Assembly (NCBI GenBank): GCA_945861515.1 | Contig: CAMAVA010000001.1 | Location: forward strand, 20,749 to 84,748 | Direction of reading: 5' to 3' | Origin: Brevundimonas vancanneytii | Lineage (GTDB): Bacteria; Pseudomonadota; Alphaproteobacteria; Caulobacterales; Caulobacteraceae | Length of the DNA stretch: 64,000 nt | Part shown: positions 38,723 through 48,904 of the stretch, piece after piece | Position numbering within the stretch: position 1 is the stretch's first letter | How the letters are laid out: each line of letters begins with the position of its first letter | The notes under the pieces: generated by a model | Seen by the model: only the letters and a program-made list of their open reading frames with translations | Database searches by the model: none | Told to the model about the DNA's origin: nothing | Made by a program: the position numbers and the translations under genes

Positions 38723-40126
38723 CTAACGTTGGAGGATTGCGCCTTCCTTTGCGAGGTCCTTCAGATCCTGGTCGCTGGGATTGGCGGTCAAAACAATGTC
38801 AGTGGCTCTGCGCCAGCTGATCGTATCCTTGTCGAGGAGGCTGCGGGCGCGCATGGCGAAGCTGCGGGCCTCGTTCAGCCCCCCGACACTGTAGTAGTAT
38901 TCTGCCGTCGCCAACCGCGCCAATCCCTCATCGCCCCTGTCATCATAGGCCTGTGCAAGAAGTCTCCAGGCGTCCGGAACCTCCTCATCCAGCAAGGCGC
39001 GCTTGAGTTCATCGATGCCTTCATCGCGTTTTTTGGCGTCGTTCAGATTGATAAGGGTCTGGCCAAGATTGATCCGCAGCAGCGGCGCATTGGGCTTCAG
39101 GGCAACCGATCGTCTCTGCGGCGCTTCCGCTTCCTTGGCCCGGGCGAATTCAAATAGCATCTGGCCCTTGAGCTCCCAGAGGTAGGCGTTGCCAGGCTGT
39201 TCGACCAGCAGCACATCCACCATCTTCAGGGCCCGATCGACATCTTTCAGTCGATAATAGGCGATCGCCCGTGCGTAGCGCGCCGGATAGGTCTGGTCCT
39301 TCTCGCCATACTTGATCAGGGCTGCCTGGGGCGAAGTAAAGCCGTCGATCTTGGCCTTCATGACCAGGTGGTTTTCTATCTCTTCCTTTGTATCGACAAC
39401 ATCATAGTGTTTCTGGGTCTCGACCCGTGCGCGCAGAAGTTCAATACGCTCGGAAGAAAGGGGGTGGCTCCTGAAGTATGGAAAGCGCCGCGCCTCCTGA
39501 AACACTTCCTGGTAGCGAAACTTGTCAAAAAACTCGACCAGGCCCCGGCTGGACTGTCCGGTCTTTTCAAGGAAGCCTACGGCTGCCTGGTCGGCCCGGC
39601 CTTCCTGCTCGCGGCTGTAGCCAAGGGCGCCCAACTGACCGAAGTAACCGGAGTTACCGATCAGCAGCGCGCCGGCGTCAGGGGCACCGGCCAGCAACGC
39701 AAGCACGCCCAGCCCCATGGTCAGCAGCATCGGTCGCAGGCCGGCCCGCAACATGTCCTCTGATCTCAGGGGGTGGGCGCCGGCCAGGTGTCCGGTTTCG
39801 TGCGCCATGACGCCCTTGAGCTGGTTCGGGTTCTCCGTCTCCAGAATAAGGCCGGTATTGAACCCCATGACCTGACCTGTGGAGGCGAAGGCGTTCAGGG
39901 TCTTGTCACCGACCAGCAGTATGGTGACGTCCTCAGGGGTCAATCCTGCGGCGATCAGGACCGGATCTGCCTGCTGATGGAGGATCTCCTCGATCTCCGT
40001 ATCACGGAGCAAGGCGATACCCTGGGCCTGGGCTGACCCCGCCGCACCAACCAGCAGGCCGGTTGCGACCAGAATCGCGACCAGGCTGCGGGCGGTGCGG
40101 CTGGAGTAGAATTTGAGGGAGCTCAT
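38723..40126 (-). CDS. M48 family metalloprotease with TPRs (BepA/YfgC-like)
   Basis: LNAFA, GVMAHETGH, YSREQEGRAD, RSHPLS. Confidence 0.92.
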   Translation of the reverse strand: MSSLKFYSSRTARSLVAILVATGLLVGAAGSAQAQGIALLRDTEIEEILHQQADPVLIAAGLTPEDVTILLVGDKTLNAFASTGQVMGFNTGLILETENPNQLKGVMAHETGHLAGAHPLRSEDMLRAGLRPMLLTMGLGVLALLAGAPDAGALLIGNSGYFGQLGALGYSREQEGRADQAAVGFLEKTGQSSRGLVEFFDKFRYQEVFQEARRFPYFRSHPLSSERIELLRARVETQKHYDVVDTKEEIENHLVMKAKIDGFTSPQAALIKYGEKDQTYPARYARAIAYYRLKDVDRALKMVDVLLVEQPGNAYLWELKGQMLFEFARAKEAEAPQRRSVALKPNAPLLRINLGQTLINLNDAKKRDEGIDELKRALLDEEVPDAWRLLAQAYDDRGDEGLARLATAEYYYSVGGLNEARSFAMRARSLLDKDTISWRRATDIVLTANPSDQDLKDLAKEGAILQR

Positions 40127-40183
40127 TGGATCAAAACTACTCCGTTTGCGCCCCCGCGCGAACCCAACTTTAGCGTCGGACGA

Positions 40184-42919
40184 TCAGCGACGCCACCAGC
40201 CGCGTTTCGGCTTTTCCGGGGGCGCCTGAATTTCGGCCGGATCAGGCGAGTCCACGACCTGGATTGGCTCGGCGAGGACCACCCTGGGGTCCGTAGAGAC
40301 CAGGTCAAGCGGTGCCTCGGTGATGGCGACGGGACTGTCCACTTCGGCTGGCGGGGTCGCATCGGCTGATGCTTCAGCCGGGGCTGCCTCCGCGTCTGCG
40401 AAGTTCGCTGACACCGGCGCCGAGACAGGATCCAAAGACGGGGCGATGCTGTCGTCTTTCGTCGACTTGTTCCGGCTCCGGCTCTTGCGGGGCTTGGGGG
40501 CGGCGATGGGTTCCGTCGGAAGCTCGACCCAGACCTCGTCCATGAAGTCCGCCGAGGCGACCGTCTCCAGCTTCGGAATATCCAGCTCTGCGGGCTCGGC
40601 CTCCTGGACCAAGGCTCCTGCCGGTTCCGACGCGGACATTGACTGGGGATGAATCTCATCCTCCAGACGCTCCTTCACGGCCAGCATGCCGCCGCCCTCA
40701 AGGTTGGCAGGGTCATGCCATTGGAAGGGATCATCGCCGAACGGAACTCGGGGACGGGCCCAGGCGAAGCCATCTTTCGGCCGATCTTCCTCACGGCTCC
40801 GACGACCGCCACGCCGACCACGCCGACGCCGGCGCCCGTCCTTGTCCAGGTCATCATCGCCGTCAGCGTCCGCGTCCAGTTCGGGTGCGGCCGAGACGGA
40901 CGGGTCAGAGGCGACTCCGGTTTCTGCGTCACTATCCTCGCGCCTGCCGTTTCTGCGGCGACGACGGCGTCGGCCGCCGCGGCCATCGGACTCTTCTTCC
41001 CGGCGAGGCTCCTTTGATTCTGTCCTGGCTGGCCGGCCTGAGTCCTCAATGACGGGACCTTCCTCCCCACCCTCATCGAGAAACTCGTCTTCGTCCTCTT
41101 CGTCATCGGGCGCAACGAAATCGTCATCCTCGACCAGGGCCTGCGCCGGCAGGGCCAGAGCGACGGAGTCCAGGGGATGCAGGCTGTGCTCGCCCAGGGA
41201 TGTGCGTTCGATTTCATGGTCCGCATGAGCCAGCGCTTCATCCACCTGGATTGTCACGTACAGGTTATGGACGTGATGAATCCGGGCCAGATGGCCGCGC
41301 TTTTCGTTGAGGATATAGAGACCGACCGCTGCGGGGACCTTCAGGGTCAATTCGCCGCCGCCGCGCAGGGCTTCCATTTCCACTGCGCGCAGGGCCGACA
41401 GGGCGCTGGATTCGACCGAGCGCACCCGGCCGACGCCTTCGCAATGCGGGCAGACATGTGTCGTGCCTTCCAGGACTCCGGTGCGGCGACGCTGGCGGCT
41501 GATTTCCATCAGTCCGAAGGACGAGATGCGGCCCATCTGAACCCGGGCGCGATCATCCTTGAGATTGTCCTTGAGGATCTTCTCGACCGCTCGATTGTTC
41601 TTCGACTCCTCCATGTCGATGAAGTCGATGACGATCAGGCCGGCCAGGTCTCGAAGGCGCAACTGTCGGCAGGCCTCCTCGGCCGCCTCCATGTTGGTCT
41701 TCAGCGCGGTGGCCTCGATGTTTCTCTCGCGGGTCGCCTTGCCCGAGTTCACGTCGATGGCGACCAGCGCCTCGGTCTGGTTGATCACCAGATAGCCGCC
41801 GGACCGCAGGGGAACGACGGGTGAGTAGATCTGAGAAAGCTGGCTCTCGATCCGGTGGGCGACAAACAGCGGCGTCGGCTCGCGGTAAGCCATGACCTTC
41901 TTGGCCTGGCTGGGCATAATCATCCGCATGAAGTCACGGGCTTCGCGGTAACCGCCTTCACCCTCGACGTGAACGCTGTCGATGTCCTTGTCGAACAGGT
42001 CCCGGATCGCACGCTTGACGAGGTCTTCTTCCTCGTAGATCAGGGATGGCGCGACGGAATTGAGGGTCGTTTCGCGAATGTTCTCCCAGAGACGCATCAG
42101 ATATTCGTAGTCGCGCTTGATCTCGGCCTTGGTGCGTTTGGCGCCGGCCGTGCGGACGATCAATCCCAGGCCCTTGGGTACGTCCAGGCTCTGGACGACG
42201 CTCTTCAGGCGCTTGCGGTCGGTGGCTGAAACGATCTTGCGGCTGATGCCGCCTCCCCTGTCTGTGTTTGGCATAAGCACGCCATAGCGGCCCGCCAGGG
42301 ACAGATAGGTGGTGAGGGCTGCGCCCTTGTTGCCACGCTCTTCCTTGACGACCTGGACCAGCATGATCTGGCGCCGCCGGATGACGTCTTGAATCTTGTA
42401 TTTGCGCATGAGGCGGCGGCGACGGCGCTCGACCTCTTCTTCCATATCATCGTCGTCGTCCGCGCCCAGCCGCTCGACGGGGGCTTCTTCAGCATGATCG
42501 TCGTTGTCGTCTCCGTCGCCTTCGGCGGCATCGGTCTCGGTCTCGGTCTCCGGGGCGATGGAAGCCGATTCGTCCCGCGCGGCCGAGCGGGTGCGGCTGC
42601 GGCCACGGCGAGGTGGGGCCGGTTCGTCCTCTTCCTCAGCGACCTCCCGCATCAGGGCTTCGCGGTCCGCAACCGGAATCTGAAAATAGTCGGGATGGAT
42701 CTCGTTGAAGGCCAGGAAGCCATGGCGATTGCCGCCATACTCGATGAACGCAGCCTGCAGGCTGGGTTCGACCCGTGTCACCTTGGCGAGATAGATGTTT
42801 CCCCGGAGTTGCTTTCTAGACTGGCTTTCGAAGTCAAATTCTTCGATCCGGCTTCCATCCATGACGACGACACGCGTTTCTTCGGCGTGTGCGGCGTCGA
42901 TGAGCATTTTTTTCGTCAT
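40184..42919 (-). CDS. rne: Ribonuclease E
   Basis: KMLIDAAHAEETRV, GNIYLAKV, AIDVNSGK, DFIDM, CPHCEG; acidic/Arg-rich disordered C-terminus. Confidence 0.97.
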   Translation of the reverse strand: MTKKMLIDAAHAEETRVVVMDGSRIEEFDFESQSRKQLRGNIYLAKVTRVEPSLQAAFIEYGGNRHGFLAFNEIHPDYFQIPVADREALMREVAEEEDEPAPPRRGRSRTRSAARDESASIAPETETETDAAEGDGDDNDDHAEEAPVERLGADDDDDMEEEVERRRRRLMRKYKIQDVIRRRQIMLVQVVKEERGNKGAALTTYLSLAGRYGVLMPNTDRGGGISRKIVSATDRKRLKSVVQSLDVPKGLGLIVRTAGAKRTKAEIKRDYEYLMRLWENIRETTLNSVAPSLIYEEEDLVKRAIRDLFDKDIDSVHVEGEGGYREARDFMRMIMPSQAKKVMAYREPTPLFVAHRIESQLSQIYSPVVPLRSGGYLVINQTEALVAIDVNSGKATRERNIEATALKTNMEAAEEACRQLRLRDLAGLIVIDFIDMEESKNNRAVEKILKDNLKDDRARVQMGRISSFGLMEISRQRRRTGVLEGTTHVCPHCEGVGRVRSVESSALSALRAVEMEALRGGGELTLKVPAAVGLYILNEKRGHLARIHHVHNLYVTIQVDEALAHADHEIERTSLGEHSLHPLDSVALALPAQALVEDDDFVAPDDEEDEDEFLDEGGEEGPVIEDSGRPARTESKEPRREEESDGRGGRRRRRRRNGRREDSDAETGVASDPSVSAAPELDADADGDDDLDKDGRRRRRGRRGGRRSREEDRPKDGFAWARPRVPFGDDPFQWHDPANLEGGGMLAVKERLEDEIHPQSMSASEPAGALVQEAEPAELDIPKLETVASADFMDEVWVELPTEPIAAPKPRKSRSRNKSTKDDSIAPSLDPVSAPVSANFADAEAAPAEASADATPPAEVDSPVAITEAPLDLVSTDPRVVLAEPIQVVDSPDPAEIQAPPEKPKRGWWRR

Positions 42920-43293
42920 CGATTTTCTCTCTCCGGCCATGGGCGCGCTCTGGGCGCAGCCGCCGGTCTTGTTGATTGGCGCGCATCGCGCCGCCAAGCC
43001 CGCCGCTCTCGGAAGAGGCGGGGATCAGCGTCAGCTTTGTCGGGGCGGGAGCGCGGCCCATGAAGGTCTCTGTTTGCCTGTAGCGCCAGGACGGCGCTGG
43101 GGCGGTGATGTTATGCGTCCATTTGCCTAGGCGGGACTGGACACAGGCCCCTTTTGGTTTGGCGCGGAGCCACTCCGTCAGTTGCGAAGCGCGGCGCGCG
43201 ATGTGCAGCATAGACCAGAGCGCGCGGGAAAGGAAAGTAGGGGCGTTCTGGAGCCTCTGCTTTCCCGAAGGCGGAGCTGCCCGGCGGACCAGA

Positions 43294-43635
43294 TCAGCCG
43301 ATACGCCTGGCGCGGACTTTCGACGGTTCGAAGGGTTCCGCTCTGAATTGAGCAGCCGTTCCCAGCCGGGCGTTGCAACTGCTGCAGCGGATCACCGTGC
43401 TGTCGGCTTCGTCGCCGCCAAGGTTCACGGTCGCGCCGCAGGGTTTGCATTTCCACTGAGGTTGTTTGGGCTCCGGGGCTGCCGCCGCCGGCGTTGTGGG
43501 CGCCGATTTCAATTTGAGGATCGGTCGCTTGGTCTCGCTGGCATCCATGACCGGGCGAGCGGAAGTGGCTGGCGGCTTGACGATCGGACGGGCCACGACA
43601 CGGGCCTTTCGCACAACTTTCGGCTCAAAGGCCAT
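43294..43635 (-). CDS. Small basic protein with C-terminal Cys4 zinc ribbon, unknown function
   Basis: AGGAG SD 7 nt before the ATG; CKPC-x17-CSSC; genome-like codon usage. Confidence 0.7.
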   Translation of the reverse strand: MAFEPKVVRKARVVARPIVKPPATSARPVMDASETKRPILKLKSAPTTPAAAAPEPKQPQWKCKPCGATVNLGGDEADSTVIRCSSCNARLGTAAQFRAEPFEPSKVRARRIG

Positions 43636-43891
43636 GCTTGGTCTCCTGGCCCGCCGGAAGGGTTTGTTCCTGCGGTCTAAGGCCTTCAGGCTACACCAGA
43701 TCAAGGCAGACATGAACGACCGCGCTGCACAAAACCCCGGTTCGCTCGGTCGCATTTGGAAATCTGGTCGCAAACTGGACCCGGCTGTGACATCGGATGG
43801 CGCGAAATCGGATTTGGCTTAACGCCTTCTCCACGGACAGTGTGTCATTGATAGCGTGATCGCCGAATTGGCGTGAGCGTTGGGGCGAAGA

Positions 43892-45100
43892 ATGCGCGGG
43901 CGTGCCGGTTTGAGTTTGGGTGAGCGCTGGATTGCTGCTTCAATCGCTGCCGGCATTATCCTGATCGGCGTTGGCGCGGGCGCGATGGCCCAGGTTGCTG
44001 GAGCGTCGGCCGGAATTCTCAAGGTTCGCCTGGGCGGTGATGCGACCGAAACGCGGATGGTTGTGGACATCGGGCGGTCTGTTTCCGGCCGCATCATTTC
44101 CGATGGCTCCACCGACCGGAAGGTCGTTCTTTCCTTTGCCAGGGTCGATGTCGCTGCCGACATGAAGGGCGCCGGCCAAGGTGTTGTTCGCCGCTGGAGC
44201 GTGGAGCCGCGCAATGGCGCAGCGCGTCTGAGCATCGATCTGACCCAGGATGCGGAGGTATCGCGCCGATTTCTCCTGCCTCCCGGAGACGGCGCTCCGC
44301 ACTACCGATATGTGATCGACCTCAAGGCCAAGGGGCCGTCGACGCGCCAGGCCCTGCGCAACGGTCTGGCGCCGGCAGCGCCCCGGGGGCCTGCAACCTC
44401 GATCCGCGCGCTCCGGACCACAGGTCGGAAGGTCATCGTCGTGGACGCAGGTCATGGCGGGCGGGATCCCGGCGCATTGGGACGCAATGCGCAGGAAAAG
44501 GCTGTGACCCTGTCGGCAGCCCGTCGACTGAAAGCGCGCCTGGAACAGACCGGTCGCTACACGGTCATCCTGACCCGCGACAGTGATGTCTACGTGCCCC
44601 TTGAAACCCGGGTGCGCATCGCTCGCAAGGCGGATGCAGACCTCTTCATTTCCCTGCATGCCGATGCCGGACCGCCGGACGTGACGGGCGCCAGTGTCTA
44701 CACCCTGTCCGAAAAGGGCGAGGGGAGAGCCTCACGGGTTCTCAACAAGGAAGACTGGTTGATGAATGCCAGTGTCACCGGCGGTGATCGCGGCGTGGGA
44801 CAGATTCTGCTCGATCTCACCCAGAGATCGACCAAGAATCGAAGCTCTGTCTTTGCCGAGCTTCTGGTGCAAGAGATATCTGAGGTGACGCCGATGCTGC
44901 GCAGAAGTCACCGGGATGCCAATCTGATGGTCCTGCTTGCACCGGATGTGCCAGCCGTCTTGCTGGAGATGGGTTTCATTACAAGCCCTCGCGATGAGGC
45001 GCTCCTGACCTCAAGCCAGGACCAGATTCGTCTCGTTGACCGCGTCGGAGACGCGATCGACCAGTGGTTCGCTCGCGGCGTCCGGGTCGCTTCCCGCTAG
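43892..45100 (+). CDS. amiC: N-acetylmuramoyl-L-alanine amidase (AMIN + Amidase_3)
   Basis: VDAGHGGRDPGA, LFISLHAD, VLLEMGF. Confidence 0.9.
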   Translation: MRGRAGLSLGERWIAASIAAGIILIGVGAGAMAQVAGASAGILKVRLGGDATETRMVVDIGRSVSGRIISDGSTDRKVVLSFARVDVAADMKGAGQGVVRRWSVEPRNGAARLSIDLTQDAEVSRRFLLPPGDGAPHYRYVIDLKAKGPSTRQALRNGLAPAAPRGPATSIRALRTTGRKVIVVDAGHGGRDPGALGRNAQEKAVTLSAARRLKARLEQTGRYTVILTRDSDVYVPLETRVRIARKADADLFISLHADAGPPDVTGASVYTLSEKGEGRASRVLNKEDWLMNASVTGGDRGVGQILLDLTQRSTKNRSSVFAELLVQEISEVTPMLRRSHRDANLMVLLAPDVPAVLLEMGFITSPRDEALLTSSQDQIRLVDRVGDAIDQWFARGVRVASR

Positions 45101-45214
45101 CAACACGTCCTCGGCGAGCGGGCCCACTCTGCCCGCGAGTCGCCCTGGCCAAAAATCCGACCGACGCCACAGACCAAGATTGGCGCCCGCCCCTGCGCGC
45201 GCTAGAGGATTCTC

Positions 45215-47644
45215 ATGTCGGAAAAACAAGATCGTGGTGTTTGGCCTCTGTTCAATCCGCCGGAGCGGTGGGTGGCCATCCTCGGGATCGCGGTTCTGAG
45301 CGTGGTCGCCGTCGCGGGTTTCGCGATCGCCATCTACGCCGCCGTCCTGTTCCACGACATGCCCGACGCCGGCGATCTGGTCGATTATCGTCCGCCCACA
45401 GCCACGCGGGTCTATGGATGGGATGGGACTCTCATCGGTGAATTCAGTCGCGAACGCCGGATTTTCGTCCCCTATGACCAGATGCCGCCCCGCATGGTGC
45501 AGGCGTTTCTTGCGGCAGAGGACCGCAACTTCTTTCACCACAGTGGCGTCGACGTTCAGGGCCTTGGCCGGGCGATGCTCAAGAACGTGTTGAACGTTGT
45601 CCGTGGTCGACGTCTCGAAGGTGGCTCGACCATCACTCAGCAGGTGGCCAAGAACGTTCTTCTGACCAGCGACGCGACCCTGGGACGGAAGCTGAAGGAA
45701 GCCATCCTGGCCCGGCGCCTCGAACAGACCCTGACCAAGGATCACATTCTCGAACTGTACCTCAACGAGATCTGGCTGGGCTATCGCAGCTATGGGGTCG
45801 CCGCTGCTGCCTACAACTATTTCGGCAAGTCCCTGGACAACCTGACCCTGGCTGAAATGGCCTATCTGGCAGCCGTTCCCAAGGGACCGGAAAACTACCA
45901 TCCCATTCGAAACAAGGCCAATGCGATCGGCCGTCGCAACTGGATCATCGGCCAGATGGCTGAACTGGGATGGGTCAGCCGCGCGGAAGCGGACGCCGCC
46001 ATGAAGGAGGATCTTGTCGTCCAGGCGGCGCCCTCCCGCGCCAAGTACAAGGACGCGGATTATTTTGTCGAAGAGGTGCGTCGCCGGGGCCTGGTGACGA
46101 TGGGCCAGCGCCTCACCGAGGGCGGCTACTACATGCGCACCACCCTGGATTCGAATCTTCAAACTGCCGCCCGTGTGGCGTTGATGAATGGTCTGGAAGC
46201 CTATGACCGTCGTCATGGCTGGCGCGGCGCCTGGGGCACGACAGATCAACTGACCGGCTGGGAAAAGGCTGCGGTCTCCAAGACGCCTCCGTCCGAGCGC
46301 CGGGACTGGCGCGCCGCAGTCGTCCAGCGGGTGGATGGCGCGGTGATTGTCCAGCCTGCCAAGGACGCGCCGGCGGGACCTCTGGTGTCGGAGGACGTCG
46401 CCTGGGCAAGAGCGGGCAAGGGCCTGAAGGTCGGAGACCTGATCTTCGTGGAGCCTGCTGCCGCAGCTGCCGGGTCCTACCGGCTGCGCCAGGTGCCATT
46501 GGTCAATGGCGCGCTGGTCGCGATCGAACCTCAGTCCGGCCGGGTGCTGGCCATGGTTGGTGGCTATTCGTTCTCCCTGTCGAACTTCAACAGGGCGACC
46601 CAGGCCATGCGCCAGCCCGGATCGGCGATCAAACCCTTTGTCTATGCGGCGGCGCTGGAGGATGAATATACCCCGGCCAGCATGGTCACCGACGCCCAGA
46701 TCACGTTCAAGGGCGCCCTGAACGGGGAAGCCTGGACACCCGAAAACTACAACAAGAAGTATTACGGCTCGATGCCGCTTCGACGGGGCCTTGAACTGTC
46801 CCGTAACGCCATGACCGTCCGCCTGGCCCAGGGCGTCGGCATGCGCAAGGTCTCAGATCTGTCGATCAGGATGGGTGTGACAGACAGCATGGCGCCCGTT
46901 CTCGCCATGGCCCTTGGTGCAGGGGAAACAACGCCGCTCAAGATAGCCAGCGCCTATGCCGGGTTTGCCAATGGCGGGCGACGGGTTGATCCTCACCTGA
47001 TCGAGATGATTCAGGACCGCGAAGGCAAGGTGCTGTTCCGCGCCGACAAGCGGGACTGCCCGCGTTGCAACAGCGGCTTCAACGGCGACGAGAGCCCTCG
47101 TGTGCCCCCCGGCGGCAAGCAGGTGATCGACGAGGTTACCGCCTACCAGATCACCTCCATGCTGGAAGGCGTCGTACAGCGCGGCACCGCCACCCAGGCC
47201 CGCGTTCTCGGCCGTCCCATCGCCGGCAAGACCGGAACGACCAATGAATATCGCAGCGCCTGGTTCGTCGGCTACACCCCGCAGATTGTGGTCGGCGTCT
47301 TCGTAGGCTTTGACGACAACCGGTCGCTCGGCGAGGGCGAGGTGGGCGGGGTCGCCTCCCTGCCGATCTTCATTGATTTCATGAAGTTGGCGCTGAAGGA
47401 CGTGCCGCCGACACCCTTCGTCCCGCCCAAACAGGCCAAGTTTGCCATGGTGGGGGGCATCCGGGAGGCCTTCCGTCCCGGAACGGAACCGAAGGTCGCC
47501 GTCGGCATTCCCGGCATGGGCGGACCCAAACCGGAAGGGCCGATCCCCTACAGCAACGCCTTTGAGACTCCCGTCGCGCCGCCGCCGGAACAGAAGCCGC
47601 CCCCCAGGCCGAAGGTGCCGGACGATCTCAGCGGCTTGTACTGA
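45215..47644 (+). CDS. mrcA: Class A penicillin-binding protein 1A
   Basis: AEDRNF, GGSTITQQVAK, RKLKE, PGSAIKP, SRN, GKTGT. Confidence 0.94.
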   Translation: MSEKQDRGVWPLFNPPERWVAILGIAVLSVVAVAGFAIAIYAAVLFHDMPDAGDLVDYRPPTATRVYGWDGTLIGEFSRERRIFVPYDQMPPRMVQAFLAAEDRNFFHHSGVDVQGLGRAMLKNVLNVVRGRRLEGGSTITQQVAKNVLLTSDATLGRKLKEAILARRLEQTLTKDHILELYLNEIWLGYRSYGVAAAAYNYFGKSLDNLTLAEMAYLAAVPKGPENYHPIRNKANAIGRRNWIIGQMAELGWVSRAEADAAMKEDLVVQAAPSRAKYKDADYFVEEVRRRGLVTMGQRLTEGGYYMRTTLDSNLQTAARVALMNGLEAYDRRHGWRGAWGTTDQLTGWEKAAVSKTPPSERRDWRAAVVQRVDGAVIVQPAKDAPAGPLVSEDVAWARAGKGLKVGDLIFVEPAAAAAGSYRLRQVPLVNGALVAIEPQSGRVLAMVGGYSFSLSNFNRATQAMRQPGSAIKPFVYAAALEDEYTPASMVTDAQITFKGALNGEAWTPENYNKKYYGSMPLRRGLELSRNAMTVRLAQGVGMRKVSDLSIRMGVTDSMAPVLAMALGAGETTPLKIASAYAGFANGGRRVDPHLIEMIQDREGKVLFRADKRDCPRCNSGFNGDESPRVPPGGKQVIDEVTAYQITSMLEGVVQRGTATQARVLGRPIAGKTGTTNEYRSAWFVGYTPQIVVGVFVGFDDNRSLGEGEVGGVASLPIFIDFMKLALKDVPPTPFVPPKQAKFAMVGGIREAFRPGTEPKVAVGIPGMGGPKPEGPIPYSNAFETPVAPPPEQKPPPRPKVPDDLSGLY

Positions 47645-47715
47645 GGGGCCGCGATCGTTACTGACGCCCTCCCTGTCTGTTCCAACCCAAGTATCGAGAA
47701 TATCGGAGCTGTTTC

Positions 47716-48838
47716 ATGAGACCGGATGTCGAGGCCGCAAAGGCTGACATCGAGCAGGCGATCGCCCTGCTCAGGAGGCGTCTTTGACTGGGACCCAGCC
47801 CTGAGACGCCTGGACGAACTTGATGCCCGGGCGGAGGATCCGACGCTATGGGATCGGCCGGCCGAGGCCCAGGCCCTCATGCGGGACCGTCAGCAGCTGG
47901 CCGCCCGGGTGGAGGCGGTAAGGTCTCTTGAGCGACAACTGGTCGACGCCGTGGATTTTGCCGAACTGGCCGACATGGAAGGCGACGAAGCCTCCCTTGA
48001 GGACGCTCGCGCCCAGCTGCGGACCCTGCGGGAACAGTCGGACAGGGCCCAGCTCGAAGCCCTGCTGTCCGGAGAGGCCGACGGCAACGACGCCTATGTC
48101 GAGATCAACTCCGGGGCAGGGGGCACCGAGTCCTGCGACTGGGCCAACATGCTGCTTCGGATGTACAGCCGCTGGGCATCGGCTCACGGCTATTCCGTCG
48201 ACCTGATCGAGGAAACGCCGGGCGAAAGTGTCGGCATCAAGTCGGCGACGCTGCAGGTCAAGGGCCCCAACGCCTATGGCTGGTTGAAGACCGAGGGCGG
48301 GGTTCATCGGCTGGTCCGGATCAGTCCCTATGACGCGGCCGCCAAGCGCCATACCAGCTTTGCCTCGGCCTGGATCTATCCGGTGGTCGACGACACGATC
48401 GAGATCGAGATCAATCCGTCCGATGTCCGGACCGATACCTATCGGGCCAGCGGCGCCGGCGGTCAGCACATCAACAAGACCGACTCGGCGGTCCGTCTGA
48501 CCCACATCCCGACCGGGATTGCCGTCGCTTGCCAGGCCGGTCGTTCCCAGCATCAGAACCGCGACGAGGCCTGGAAAATGCTTCGCGCTCGCCTCTACGA
48601 ACTCGAACTGCAAAAACGTGAAGCTGCCGCCCAGGCTCTCGAGGATCAGAAAACCGATATCGGCTGGGGCCACCAGATCCGATCCTACGTCCTTCAGCCC
48701 TATCAGATGGTCAAGGACCTCCGGACCAACGTCGAAACCAGCGACACAGACGGTGTTCTCGACGGCGATCTGGACCAGTTCATGGCAGCGTCCCTCGCCC
48801 AGCGGGTCGGCGCCACACGGGGCGGCGCAGAGGTTTAG
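47716..48838 (+). CDS. prfB: Peptide chain release factor 2 (+1 programmed frameshift at codon 23/24)
   Basis: [23 protein letters not shown] then CTT-TGA-C, continuing as DWD...; SPY, GGQ motifs. Confidence 0.97.
47773..47788 (+). promoter_or_regulatory. prfB +1 frameshift signal
   Basis: AGGAGG-CGT-CTT-TGA-C: internal SD plus slippery CTT-TGA. Confidence 0.95.
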
Positions 48839-48904
48839 GCCGGTCGGTCGTCCGCACCGGTGCGGACGGGCGCCAACCCGGCCGCACGTTGCGACGGCCC
48901 GCAG

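Noticed and set aside
43815-43830. TTAA half-sites suggesting CtrA boxes (also about 28294 and 50500)
   Set aside because: Only single half-sites; no TTAA-N7-TTAA
47726-47785. prfB start at 47726 given by the ORF track
   Set aside because: Artefact of the +1 frameshift; the true start is 47716
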